64,000 bases of DNA from Rhodanobacteraceae bacterium (GTDB lineage Bacteria > Pseudomonadota > Gammaproteobacteria > Xanthomonadales > SZUA-5), in the NCBI GenBank assembly GCA_016713135.1, contig JADJPR010000015.1:29080-93079 (forward strand), written 5' to 3'. Under the pieces are notes generated by a model. The model was not told the DNA's origin and did not search any database. It saw only the letters and a list, made by a program, of their open reading frames with translations. Positions 7,594-17,700 of the stretch are shown one piece after another (the stretch's first letter is position 1; each line of letters opens with the position of its first letter). The translations under genes were made by a program, and so were the position numbers.

Positions 7594-10500
7594 TCAACCA
7601 TCCGTGCGCAGGCTGACGGTGTCGACCCGGAAGGTCGTCGCCAGCGAGCTGTCGGTGGAGCCGACGAAGCGGATGCGCACGTTCTTGCCCTTGTGCGCCA
7701 CGACGTTGTAGCTGCGCTGCACGTAGGTGGACGCGTTGGTGGTCTTGTTGACGTTCGACAGGGTCACCAGGGTCTGCAGCACCGCGTTCGTGCTCGCATC
7801 GACCAGCTGCACGGTCAGCTTGTCATAAGCCGTCGTGGTGGTGGTCTCGCTGGTCACGATCGAGGTGTAGAAGCTCAGCGTGGCCTGGGTCGCGCCGGCC
7901 GGGATCAGCGTGGGCTGGCTCTGCACCGTCTGCGAGCTGGTGGTCGCATTGACGCCGAGGTAGGCATAGCTGCCACCGGTGTTGGCATTGGTCTGGCCGG
8001 CCAGCAGGGTGTTGAACGAGGTGCCGGTCGAGGCCGAGCGGGCCCAGGAACCATCCGGCGCCGAGTTGGTGCTGGTGGTGATCGTGTCGAAGTTACCGTT
8101 GGCCAGCTTCTCGGTGACCGTGCCGCCGCCACCGCCGCCGGTGGTCCAGGAGGCCGTCACGTTGAAGGTCAGGGTGCCGGTGGCGTAGCCGTAGACGCGG
8201 ACGTAGTAGGTGCCGACGGTCGGCGTGGCGAAGGTGCAGGTCTCATTGCCCGAGCCAGTGTACGGACGGCAGTCGTATACCGTCAGCGTGGCCTGGGCGC
8301 CGGCCTTCACATACAGGTCGACGTCGCCCGACGCACCGCTGGTGGCGATGGTCAGGTTGGACGCACCGGACGGGATCGCCACGGTGTAGTCCTTCCAGCT
8401 GCTGTTGGCACTGGTGGAGTTGGTGGAACCCGCGGAAGCCACGCCGTTGCTCAGCGCGGTGGCGCCGCCGGTGGTCGCCGTGCCAGTGAAGTTCTGGCCG
8501 GTGCTGTTGGCGCTGGAGATCGTCACCGAACGGTTGGCCGGGCTGAAGGTGTAACCCGACAGCGACGGGGTGACGGTGTAGCTGCCATTGGCCAGGCCGG
8601 AGATGGTGTAGGCGCCGGTGCTGCTGGTGGTCGCGCTGGCCGAGCCGGTGCTGACGGTGACGCCCGAGATGCCGGTGCCGCCGCTGGTGGTCACGGAGCC
8701 GGAGATGCTGTAGGTCGTGGTCGTCGCGGTGCCGGTGAAGTTCTGGCCGGTGACGTTGCTGCTGCCGATGGTCACGGCGCGGTTGACCGGGCTGAAGGTG
8801 TAGCCCGAACGGGTCGGCGTGATCGTGTAGCTGCCGGAGGCCAGGTTGGCCAGGGTGTAGTTGCCGCTCGAATCGGTGGTGGTGGAGACCGAGCCGGTGC
8901 TCACGGTGACGCTGCCGATGCCGACGCCGGTGCTGGTGGTGACCTGGCCGGAGATCGAGTAGGTGGTCACGGTGCCGCCGCAGTTGCTGAACTTGAAGTC
9001 GCGGGCGCGGGTGGACCAGCTGCCACTCGGGCGGTACATGCCGATGGTCCAGAAGGTGCAGTCGTCCACCGGATCGACCACCGTCTGGTGGTAGTCGCCC
9101 CAGCGGCCGGAGGTCTCGGCGGCGGCGCCGGCGGCGATCACGTTCTCACCCTGGGTCATCACGCCCAGCGCGTCGGTGACCAGGCGGCCGGTGTACTGCA
9201 GCGAGGCATAGGTGGTCGGCGTGGTGGTGCGGCTGACGTTGTAGCTCATGCCGATGTTGCCCATCTTGTCGGTCGCCGCGGCGCCGAGCAGGTGATGGGT
9301 GCTGCTGTCGCCCGGGCTGAAGGTGCCTTCCTGGTGCAGCGTCCAGTTGCCGCCGCCGGTGCGGCGCAGTTCGAACCAGCGCACGCCGGAGTCGACCACG
9401 GTGCCGCTGCGCGCGGTGTTCTGGTTGGTCGCGAAGGTGCCCACGATGGTCTCGTAGGAGCCCATGTTGCGGTAGTTCATCAGGTTCAGGATGACTTCGC
9501 GGATCGGGTCGAGGCGCGAGGTCGAACCCGGCTGCGGCACGGTGTCGAACGAGGAGTAGTCGCGGAACCAGCTGTTGAACTCGGTGATCTGGATGCGCGG
9601 CAGGGTGGTGATGCTGCTGCTCGACGGCGTGGTCCAGTTGAAGTTGAGCTGGTATAGGTCGATGAAGTCGGCGGTGGTGTTGGCGCCGGTGCCCGCATGG
9701 GCTTCGTCATCGTTGTGGCGGGCCAGGATCGCACCCGAGCCGGCCGGCGGGGCCGTGGTGCCCATGAACGAGGCCGGGGTCAGCGCCTGGAAGCCATAGC
9801 CCGAGAGCTTGGCGACACTGGTGAAGCGCTGCGCGGCGCGCGCGGTGGCGCCATTCAGCATGTTTGCGCGGTCGAAGGCATAGACCTTGGCGCCGCTGCC
9901 AGATTCGTTGGCGGTGCAGACGTAAGCGTCGCCCCACACACCGCAATGCGGGTAGTCGGGCAGCGCCGGGGTGGCGAAGCCGTAGAACCACCAGCCGCCG
10001 GAGACCGGGTCGGAGGTCTTCGACACGTAGGTGCACAGGCGGTTGGCGCTGGAGGTGCCGCCCATTTCGAGCATGAACCAGCGGTTCGCGAGGCGATCGA
10101 ACAGGATGATCGGATCCGACACCGAGGTGGCACAGGGATCGCCGGCCGGGGCCAGCGACTTGAAGGTGGTCGGGCCGGACACCAGTGTGCCGGACTTGTT
10201 GTACACCTTGAAGGTGGTGCCGGACGAGCTGTTGATGCCGTACAGGATGTGGTTCGTGCCGACTTCGATCACCGGGTCGCCAGGGCTGACGCCGGTATTG
10301 CCGTTGTCGATGTTGATGCGAGCCGGGCCGCGGAACGACACGTCGCCGGCGCTGCGCGAGCTGCTGTCGAACAGCGCCTGCAACTCGCCCAGGCGGTCGG
10401 GGGCGGTAGTCCAGTCGGCCGGCGCATGCGGCGCGCGGGCGTCCAGCGGGTGATACACGCGGCGCTGGGCTTCGCGAATGGGCTGGCCGGGTTGCCACAT

Positions 10501-10659
10501 CGCGGCCGTCGGCAGGTTGCGCAGATCGACGTCGATGCCAACGGGCGTCACCGGTTCCCCAACCGACACGCCGTTGCCGTTGCTGAGCCCCTGGGCGACC
10601 GCGCCGGTGCCGACCGCAGTCAGCGCCAGTGCTGCCACCAAAGCTAGATGCTTCTTCAT
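7594..10659 (-). CDS. Large secreted multidomain protein (unknown N-terminal domain, 3 CarboxypepD_reg/Ig-like repeats, PPC domain, C-terminal beta-sandwich)
   Basis: Signal peptide MKKHLALVAALALTAVGTGAVAQG. Three ~85-aa repeats (YSISG.VTTS.G.GI.GVTVSTGS...SGYTFSP.NR.VTI.S.N.TGQNFTGTA). DVDLYVKAG...YYVRVYGY resembles a pre-peptidase C-terminal domain. Confidence 0.75.
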   Translation of the reverse strand: MKKHLALVAALALTAVGTGAVAQGLSNGNGVSVGEPVTPVGIDVDLRNLPTAAMWQPGQPIREAQRRVYHPLDARAPHAPADWTTAPDRLGELQALFDSSSRSAGDVSFRGPARINIDNGNTGVSPGDPVIEVGTNHILYGINSSSGTTFKVYNKSGTLVSGPTTFKSLAPAGDPCATSVSDPIILFDRLANRWFMLEMGGTSSANRLCTYVSKTSDPVSGGWWFYGFATPALPDYPHCGVWGDAYVCTANESGSGAKVYAFDRANMLNGATARAAQRFTSVAKLSGYGFQALTPASFMGTTAPPAGSGAILARHNDDEAHAGTGANTTADFIDLYQLNFNWTTPSSSSITTLPRIQITEFNSWFRDYSSFDTVPQPGSTSRLDPIREVILNLMNYRNMGSYETIVGTFATNQNTARSGTVVDSGVRWFELRRTGGGNWTLHQEGTFSPGDSSTHHLLGAAATDKMGNIGMSYNVSRTTTPTTYASLQYTGRLVTDALGVMTQGENVIAAGAAAETSGRWGDYHQTVVDPVDDCTFWTIGMYRPSGSWSTRARDFKFSNCGGTVTTYSISGQVTTSTGVGIGSVTVSTGSVSTTTDSSGNYTLANLASGSYTITPTRSGYTFSPVNRAVTIGSSNVTGQNFTGTATTTTYSISGSVTTSGGTGISGVTVSTGSASATTSSTGAYTISGLANGSYTVTPSLSGYTFSPANRSVTISSANSTGQNFTGTATTGGATALSNGVASAGSTNSTSANSSWKDYTVAIPSGASNLTIATSGASGDVDLYVKAGAQATLTVYDCRPYTGSGNETCTFATPTVGTYYVRVYGYATGTLTFNVTASWTTGGGGGGTVTEKLANGNFDTITTSTNSAPDGSWARSASTGTSFNTLLAGQTNANTGGSYAYLGVNATTSSQTVQSQPTLIPAGATQATLSFYTSIVTSETTTTTAYDKLTVQLVDASTNAVLQTLVTLSNVNKTTNASTYVQRSYNVVAHKGKNVRIRFVGSTDSSLATTFRVDTVSLRTDG

Positions 10660-10781
10660 GGATATCGTTCCTGAATGAGTAAGAACTGGATCAAGTGCTG
10701 CTCTCGATGGTCACTTGTCGCAGTCATGGTCCCTGGGAGCGTCTCATCGAGTTCCCCGCCTCGCTGTCCCAACTCCGGCCG

Positions 10782-11618
10782 TCACGCGGGCCGGAACTCC
10801 AACCGTCGCAGCAGGCGAATCTCCCCTCGCTTGCTGACGACCTCGATGTCCGATTCCGGCTTGCCGATCTCGGCAGTGGCCGACTTGTTCGGTTCCTGTC
10901 CCGGTTGCGGGACGATCTCGACACTGAATTCGGTGGCAAACACGCCGGAGCTGGCCATCGCCAGTCGCGCATTCAAGCCATCGACGATGCCGAGCAGGAT
11001 GTTGCCGGTGCTGGTGGCGATGCGCTGGCGGCTGCCCATCGGTGCCGGATCCAGTTGGCCCTCGACCATGCCGGCGCCGGTCTCGACATCGACCAGGCCA
11101 GCAATGCCACGGAAATTGATGCTGCCCTCGGCGCTGCGCGCCTTGAGGTTGCCCTGCAGACCACGGACGTCGATCAGTCCACGTTCAGTCACGATTTCGA
11201 GGTCATGTCCCTGCGGTACGTAGGCGGTGATTTCGACGCGCTGGCCGGGCGCCAACACCACGCCTTCCGGCAGGCGCGCGACCAGGGAGTAGGCAGCGCC
11301 GCTGCTCCCGGTCACGCCGATCTTGTGCAGCGCGGCGCCGTTCTGCGCAACGGTGCGCCACTCGAGCTTGTGCTCGTAGCCGCCGAAGCGGACGCGGACA
11401 TCGCCGTAGGGATTGTCGATCCGGATCGGCTGCTTCGTGGGCAGGTCTTGCAGGTTGGTGGTGCGCTCGATGTCGCCTTCGGTCAGCACCGGTGCGGCGG
11501 CATCGGCCGGGGCATCGGCCACCGGCGCGACCGGCTGCTGTGCGCAGCCCGCCAGTGCCAGCAACAATCCCCCCAGGATCCCCTTGCGCACGCCCCGAAC
11601 TCCCCAGCATGTCTGCAT
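10782..11618 (-). CDS. Lipoprotein, DUF4097-like putative beta-helical adhesin
   Basis: ATG 11618 gives MQTCWGVRGVRKGILGGLLLALAGC (lipobox). Repetitive short beta-strand pattern. Family assignment is tentative. Confidence 0.6.
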   Translation of the reverse strand: MQTCWGVRGVRKGILGGLLLALAGCAQQPVAPVADAPADAAAPVLTEGDIERTTNLQDLPTKQPIRIDNPYGDVRVRFGGYEHKLEWRTVAQNGAALHKIGVTGSSGAAYSLVARLPEGVVLAPGQRVEITAYVPQGHDLEIVTERGLIDVRGLQGNLKARSAEGSINFRGIAGLVDVETGAGMVEGQLDPAPMGSRQRIATSTGNILLGIVDGLNARLAMASSGVFATEFSVEIVPQPGQEPNKSATAEIGKPESDIEVVSKRGEIRLLRRLEFRPA

Positions 11619-11907
11619 GTCGCTCGTCTCGCCGTGGTCCGGGTGACGCCCGATCATCGGCGAGGCAAACGAAGCCCGTCTGACTCGTGAAATGAAAGTC
11701 CGGCGATCGCTCCCCAGCCCGCATTGCTCCCCAGCAATGCTGGCGTCGACCGCCGATGAACTCCCCCTGAAGCGGATCCTGCCTCCCCCCGGAGGTGGAC
11801 CGGCGCGCACTGTATTCAGGCTTGATTCAAGTGTCAATGGGTGGCGTAAAGCGACGTGATGCGTCACTCGTGATGTTGCAATGCGTGACAGGGGTGTGAA
11901 GGGTGGG

Positions 11908-12058
11908 GCCACGAGGTCAAGAGGGCACGAGGGCACGAGGGCACGCCAGGACCTCATCCCAGGCCCGGCCTCGTCTCACCGCGATAGCGGTTGAAAAACA
12001 AGCACAATCAGTTACTTGCAAAGGTCCAGACGAGAGCGAGCCTTTTCGTGCCCTCGCG
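11908..12058. repeat. Family-D element D1: (GAGGGCAC)n arm, conserved ~100-nt core, CGTGCCCTCGCG arm
   Basis: gagggcacgagggcacgagggcacg at 11921-11945. The core is ~75% identical to the D2 core, including agcacaatcagttacttgcaa. The right arm ends at 12058 and directly abuts the yceH stop codon (12059-12061). Confidence 0.9.
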
Positions 12059-12727
12059 TCAGACCTCAGCCCCGAGGTCCCGCAGCGCCGCGGTCAGTCG
12101 CGCTACCTGGGCTTCCAGCGCGCTGACGCGGTCGCCCAATGCGCTGCCGCCGGAATGGCCTTCGCTGTCGTCGCCGCGGCGCATCTCGGCGGCGGCGCGC
12201 TCGGCGTGCTCACTGCCGCACAGCAAGTGCATGTAGCGCTCGACGCTTTGCCCCGGCTGCAACGGCAGTCGAGTTGCGAGGGCCGGCTGGCGGCGGGTCA
12301 GGCGGTCCAGGGTGTCCTTGACCTGTTCGATGTCGCTGAACTTCGCCAGGCGTTCGGCCCGGGTCATCAGTTCGCTCGGTGTCTGCGGCCCGCGCAGCAG
12401 CAACAGGCAGAGGATTGCGCGCTGCGGTGGCGTCAGGGTGTAGATCTCCTCGAAGCGGTGCTCGTAGCGCAGGGCGCGCGGCGAGTGCTGGACCCGCACC
12501 AGTTTCTTGTCTTCCAGTGTGCGCAGCGCATGCCCGACGGCGCCAAGTTCCAGTTCCATCACCGGCTCGCGCGCGGTCTTCTGGTTGGCCGCGACCATCG
12601 CCGCGTTGGCGGTCAACGGGTATTGGTCCGGCGTGGTCAGCGCCTTTTCGACCAGGCACCCGAGCACGCGTGCCTCGATGTCGGAGAGTTGCGGAATCGT
12701 CGGGGCGGTGGGTGCGGAGTCGGTCAT
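12059..12727 (-). CDS. yceH: YceH/DUF480 family protein
   Basis: LSDIEARVLGCLVEKALTTPDQYPLTANA...NQKT.REPVM and the ERYMHL motif align along the full length with E. coli YceH. ATG at 12727. Confidence 0.9.
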   Translation of the reverse strand: MTDSAPTAPTIPQLSDIEARVLGCLVEKALTTPDQYPLTANAAMVAANQKTAREPVMELELGAVGHALRTLEDKKLVRVQHSPRALRYEHRFEEIYTLTPPQRAILCLLLLRGPQTPSELMTRAERLAKFSDIEQVKDTLDRLTRRQPALATRLPLQPGQSVERYMHLLCGSEHAERAAAEMRRGDDSEGHSGGSALGDRVSALEAQVARLTAALRDLGAEV

Positions 12728-12875
12728 GGTGGAGTTCCGGTGGTGGATGCCACCGAGAGTAGCGAATGCGCTGCGGTGCGGCGAGACGTTGCAGCACAAG
12801 CCGACCCGCTGACCTGCCAGCGGAGCGTCCGGGAGGGCTAGACTGGCGCCCCCGAACCGCCGCCGAGCGCCCCCC

Positions 12876-14390
12876 ATGGCCACCATCCGCCAGGAAGACT
12901 TCATCCAGTCGATCGCCGACGCGTTGCAGTACATCAGCTACTACCACCCGGTCGACTACATCCAGAACCTCGCACGCGCCTATGAGCGCGAGGAGTCGCC
13001 CGCGGCCAAGGACGCGATCGCCCAGATCCTGATCAATTCGCGCATGTGCGCCGAAGGCCATCGTCCGATCTGCCAGGACACCGGCATCGTCACCGTGTTC
13101 CTGAAGGTGGGCATGAATGTGCGCTGGGACGCCATACTGTCGCTGGACGACATGGTCAACGAGGGCGTGCGACGCGCCTACAACCATCCGGACAACAAGC
13201 TGCGTGCCTCGGTGCTGGCCGATCCGGCCGGCAAGCGGACCAACACCAAGGACAACACCCCGGCGGTGGTCAACATCAGCATCGTGCCGGGCGACGAGGT
13301 GGACGTGATCGTGGCCGCCAAGGGCGGCGGCTCGGAGGCCAAGAGCAAGTTCGCCATGCTCAATCCGTCCGACTCGGTGGTCGACTGGGTGCTGAAGACG
13401 GTGCCAACGATGGGCGCCGGCTGGTGCCCGCCGGGCATGCTCGGCATCGGCATCGGCGGCACCGCCGAGAAGGCGATGCTGCTGGCCAAGGAAGCGCTGA
13501 TGGAACCGATCGACATCCAGGAGCTGATCGCGCGCGGGCCCGCCAACCGCGCCGAGGAACTGCGCCTGGAGCTGTACGAGAAGGTCAACGCGCTCGGCAT
13601 CGGTGCGCAGGGCCTCGGCGGCCTGACCACCGTGCTCGACATCAAGATCAAGGATTTTCCCACCCACGCCGCCAACCTGCCGGTGGCGATGATTCCCAAC
13701 TGCGCCGCTACCCGGCACGCGCATTTCACGCTGGATGGCTCAGGCCCGGCCACCCTGGATCCGCCATCGCTGGACGACTGGCCGCAACTCACCTACGACG
13801 CGAGCAAGGGCAAGCGCGTGAACCTGGACACCGTGACCCGCGAGGAAGCGGCGAGCTGGCAGCCGGGCGACGTCATCCTGCTCAGCGGCAAGCTGCTGAC
13901 CGGGCGCGACGCCGCGCACAAGCGGATGGTCGACATGATCAATCGCGGCGAGCCGCTGCCGGTCGATTTCACCGGGCGCTTCATCTACTACGTCGGTCCG
14001 GTCGACCCAGTGCGCGATGAGGTCGTCGGCCCGGCCGGCCCGACCACCGCCACGCGCATGGACAAGTTCACCCGCACCATGCTGGAGCAGACCGGATTGC
14101 TCGGGATGGTGGGCAAGGCCGAGCGCGGCCCGGCGGCGATCGACGCCATCCGCGACAACAAGGCGGTCTACCTGATGGCCGTCGGTGGCGCCGCCTACCT
14201 TGTGTCGAAGGCGATCCGCGCCGCCCGGGTGGTCGCCTTCGCCGACCTCGGCATGGAGGCGATCTACGAGTTCGAGGTGCAGGACATGCCGGTCACCGTG
14301 GCCGTCGACAGCCGCGGCAGCAGCGTGCACCAGACCGGCCCGAAGGAGTGGCAGGCAAAGATCGGGAAGATTCCGGTGGTGGTGGCTTGA
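12876..14390 (+). CDS. fumA: Class I (Fe-S) fumarate hydratase
   Basis: 504 aa. Fumerase N-domain (ICQDTGIVTVFLKVG) and Fumerase_C domain (GRFIYYVGP...AAYL). Divergent from yceH. Confidence 0.92.
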   Translation: MATIRQEDFIQSIADALQYISYYHPVDYIQNLARAYEREESPAAKDAIAQILINSRMCAEGHRPICQDTGIVTVFLKVGMNVRWDAILSLDDMVNEGVRRAYNHPDNKLRASVLADPAGKRTNTKDNTPAVVNISIVPGDEVDVIVAAKGGGSEAKSKFAMLNPSDSVVDWVLKTVPTMGAGWCPPGMLGIGIGGTAEKAMLLAKEALMEPIDIQELIARGPANRAEELRLELYEKVNALGIGAQGLGGLTTVLDIKIKDFPTHAANLPVAMIPNCAATRHAHFTLDGSGPATLDPPSLDDWPQLTYDASKGKRVNLDTVTREEAASWQPGDVILLSGKLLTGRDAAHKRMVDMINRGEPLPVDFTGRFIYYVGPVDPVRDEVVGPAGPTTATRMDKFTRTMLEQTGLLGMVGKAERGPAAIDAIRDNKAVYLMAVGGAAYLVSKAIRAARVVAFADLGMEAIYEFEVQDMPVTVAVDSRGSSVHQTGPKEWQAKIGKIPVVVA

Positions 14391-14429
14391 GGCTGGGACC
14401 TGGCCCTGACTCTGTGAGTGGTTGGAGAA

Positions 14430-14707
14430 GCGGGGCAGGGGGCAAGGGGGCAGGGGACCTGTTTTGCGGCTTTGCGGATGCAATGAGGTGAGACGCGGCA
14501 CTGGGCCTTGAGTCCAGAGCGGCTACGCGGCCAGGTCACTGCGGCAAGCCATTCCCCTTGCCACGTGACCCTTGACCCGCCTTTCATCCCCGCGCAGACC
14601 CGGTTCAGACATGTCCCGCTAGCGTCCGCGGGGCCTGGAATCCAAACCGCGGCGCGGCCAGGCCAGCGCGGCAAGCCTTTTCCCCTGCCCCCTGACCCTT
14701 GCCCCGC
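14430..14707. repeat. Family-B element B1: (GGGGCA)n arm, core, C-rich arm, with duplicated right half
   Basis: Left arm 14430-14457 gcggggcagggggcaagggggcagggga. Complementary arms at 14553-14580 and 14681-14707. The 56-nt segments 14526-14581 and 14653-14708 are direct repeats. Confidence 0.88.
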
Positions 14708-14728
14708 CGTTTCCCTCAGGTCTCATTC

Positions 14729-17700
14729 GTGCCCAGTCGCTCCTTCAAATTCCTGACGATCGTTCTCGCCCTCATCGCGACGCTGGTGTCGACGGCGCGG
14801 GCGGAGGGGCCGCTGGACGCCGAGGCGCAGGCCTTCCTGAAGGCGCACGGTCCGGTGCGGCTGGCGCCGGATCCGGATTTTGCGCCGGTGGATTTCGTCG
14901 ATGGTGCCGGGCGCCACCGTGGATTGTCGGCCGAGTTGCTTGATCTGCTGGCGCGGCGCAGCGGGATGCAGCTCAAGCGGGTATTGCAGCCCAGTTTCAC
15001 CGATGCGCTCGCGGCCCTGCAGGCGGGTGAGGTGGATGTCGTCAGCGGCGTGTTCCAGAGCCCCGCGCGCGCCGGGCGCTTCCTGTTCAGCAGCCCCTAC
15101 CTGAAGCTGCCGGCGGCGCTGATCGCACGCCGCGATGGCCCTGCGATCGCCAGCCTGGCCGATCTCAAGGGACGCCGGATCGCGGTGGTGCAGGGCGTGG
15201 TCTGGCAGGAATTGCTGACCGCCGCAGGCTATCTGGATGAGCAGCGGCCGGCGGCGGACATCGCCGCGGCGCTGGCGCTGGTGGCGGAAGGCGAGGCGGA
15301 TGCCTATCTCGGCGACCTGCTGAGCGCGGATCCGGTGCTGCGGCGCCAGCGCCTCGGGGGCGCACTGCTGGTCACCGGCGAGAGCGGTCTGGAGGCCGGC
15401 GTCGCCTTCGCCATCCGGCCGGAACTGCCGCAGCTGCAGCGGGTGTTCGATCAGGCGCTGGCGAGCGTCACGGTGGAAGAGGAATCTGCCCTGCGCACGC
15501 GCTGGCAAGGTGCCGACGCGCCGACCGAGGATGACGACGCGATCGAAGTGCCGCCGAGCGGCGCGCGCACACTGCGACAGCTGCTCGCGGAAATCGATGC
15601 GGCCAACAACCTCCCCGACGCCGAGCGCGAGGCGCAGCGCCAGGCGGTCACCGCGGCCCAGGCCTTCGAGGCGCAGGCGGACCAGAACCTGCTGCGCATC
15701 GAACAAATGCGCCGCGAGGCAGAGCAGGCCGCGGCGGATGTCGAACGCCTGCAGGTGCTGGCCCCGGCGGCGGCCGCCGAGGACTTGCTGCGCTGGCGTG
15801 GCAGCCTGCCGCAGCGCGCCAGCAGCGCCGAGCTCGAGCAGTTGCTGCTGACCGAACAGACCGCGCGCGGCAGCCTGCAGGAGACGGTCGAGCGCCTGGC
15901 CCAGCGCGCACAGGAACTGCAGCTACGACCGGCGTCCCTGCGCAAGGAACTGGAGGAACTGCGCACCCAGCTCGATGCCCTGGCGATCCCGCCGCCCTTG
16001 CCGGAACTGGCGGCGCGCATTGCACACGCTGCGGCGCTGTCGCAGTCGCGCGCCTTGGGTGCCGCGATGGCCGCCGCGATGGCCGAGCAGGGGCACCTGG
16101 AAACCCTGGCCAAGGCAACCGATCTGCGCCGGCGCGAGCGCCAGCGGGCGCTGGCCTTGCGTGCCGAACGGGTCAGCGTGCTGGAGCAACTGATCGCCGA
16201 GCGCGCCGACCAGGAACTGGTGCAGGAGCTGGCGCTGTGGCGCGCCGCGGCCGAGCAGCACGCCAGCGAAGTGCCGCCGATCCGCGATCTCGCCGCCGAG
16301 AACCTGGCGAGCGGCGAATCGCTCGCGCGCCTGTTGCGCCGGCTGGCCGATCTGCGCGCGCAAGCCCAGCGCATCGAGCGCCAGCAGGGCGAGGTCGGCC
16401 GCGCACTGTCGAATGCGCGCGAGCGGATTGCCATTGGTGGCGTGACCGAGTCGGTCGGCATGTTGCTGCTGGCGGAACGGCGGCGCCTGCCGAACCTGTC
16501 GTCGCTCCGCGCGCAGCTCACCGCCTTGCAGAGGGAGTACGCGGAGCTGCAACTGGCCCAGGTCAGTCTCGGCGAGGAGCGCGACCGGCTGGCAGATCTG
16601 CCTTTGGCGTTGGCCCGCCTGAGAGACAGCGATGTCGACGGGGGCGCCGAACTCTCGCCCGAGCAGCGCGCCACGCTGACCGAACTGCTGCTGGCGCGCA
16701 CCGAGTTGCTGCCGCGCGTCTTGCAGGCGCAGCAGAAAGCCGCGGAAGTGCTGCAGGACTCCGAGACCCGTCTGGCGCAGTTGCTTGACCAGAGCCAGGC
16801 GCTGGCGCGGTTGATGGAGCAGAACCTGCTGTGGATTCCAAGCCACCGGCCGGTCGATGCGCTGTGGTCGCAGCGCGTCGGCGAGGGCTGGCGCGATCTG
16901 CTGGGCAGCGCGCGCTGGTCGCAGGCCTGGCAGCGCCTCAGTGGGCGTCTGCCGCACAAGCCGCTCTGGATCCTCGGGCTGCTGCTGCCGGTGGCGCTGC
17001 TGCTGGCGCGTGGCGTCATGTTGCGGCGACTCTCGGAGCTGTCCCGTCGCCTGCGCGAGGTGCGCGAGGATCGCTTCCGCTACACCCTGCAGGCACTCGG
17101 GCTGAGCGCGCTGCTGGCGGCGCCGATGACCCTGTTCTGGTGGCTGCTGGGGCACATGCTGCAGTCGGTGGGGATTGCCGGCCAGTTCACCGAGAGCCTG
17201 GGCGGTGCGATGTTCGCCACCGCGCCGCACCTGTATCTCTACGCCTTCCTGTCGGTGCTCTGCCGCGAGGAAGGTGTGGCGCACATCCACCTGCGCTGGC
17301 TGCGCGCAAGGCGCGAGGCGATCATGCGCCTGCGCTGGTTCTGGTACCTGCTGGTGCTGCCGCTGTTGTTCTTCGTCGAGCTCTCGTTGTTGCGCGACAT
17401 CGATGCGGTGAACAGCAGCGTCCTGCGCTCCTCACTGGTGCTGCTGCTCGCGGTGCTGGCGGCACTGTGCGGCTGGCTGCTGGCTCCGGGGCGGCTGTTC
17501 GCCAGCCGCGTCGCCGGCCCTGATCCGCGCCCCTTGCTGCGCCGGGTGCTGCGCGTGGGCGTGGTCGTCGGAATGCTCGTCATGGCGCTGCAGCCGCTGG
17601 CCGGCTACGTCTACACCTCGGCGACCCTGCTCGGGGTCTTCCTCGACACCCTGCAGGTGTTGCTCGCAGTGACCCTCGCGCATGGCCTGGTGCTGCGCTG

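Noticed and set aside
7288-9657. 789-aa + strand ORF; likewise 50697..53450 (+) and 50722..53178 (-)
   Set aside because: They are antisense or out of frame relative to the two large secreted-protein genes. Their composition is dominated by G, A, R, V and D runs with no motifs. Shadow ORFs.
11840-11895. Direct repeats gtgatgcgtcac / caatgcgtgac upstream of the DUF4097-like gene, as a possible operator
   Set aside because: They are short, imperfect and unsupported by any adjacent regulator gene, so they cannot be distinguished from chance.
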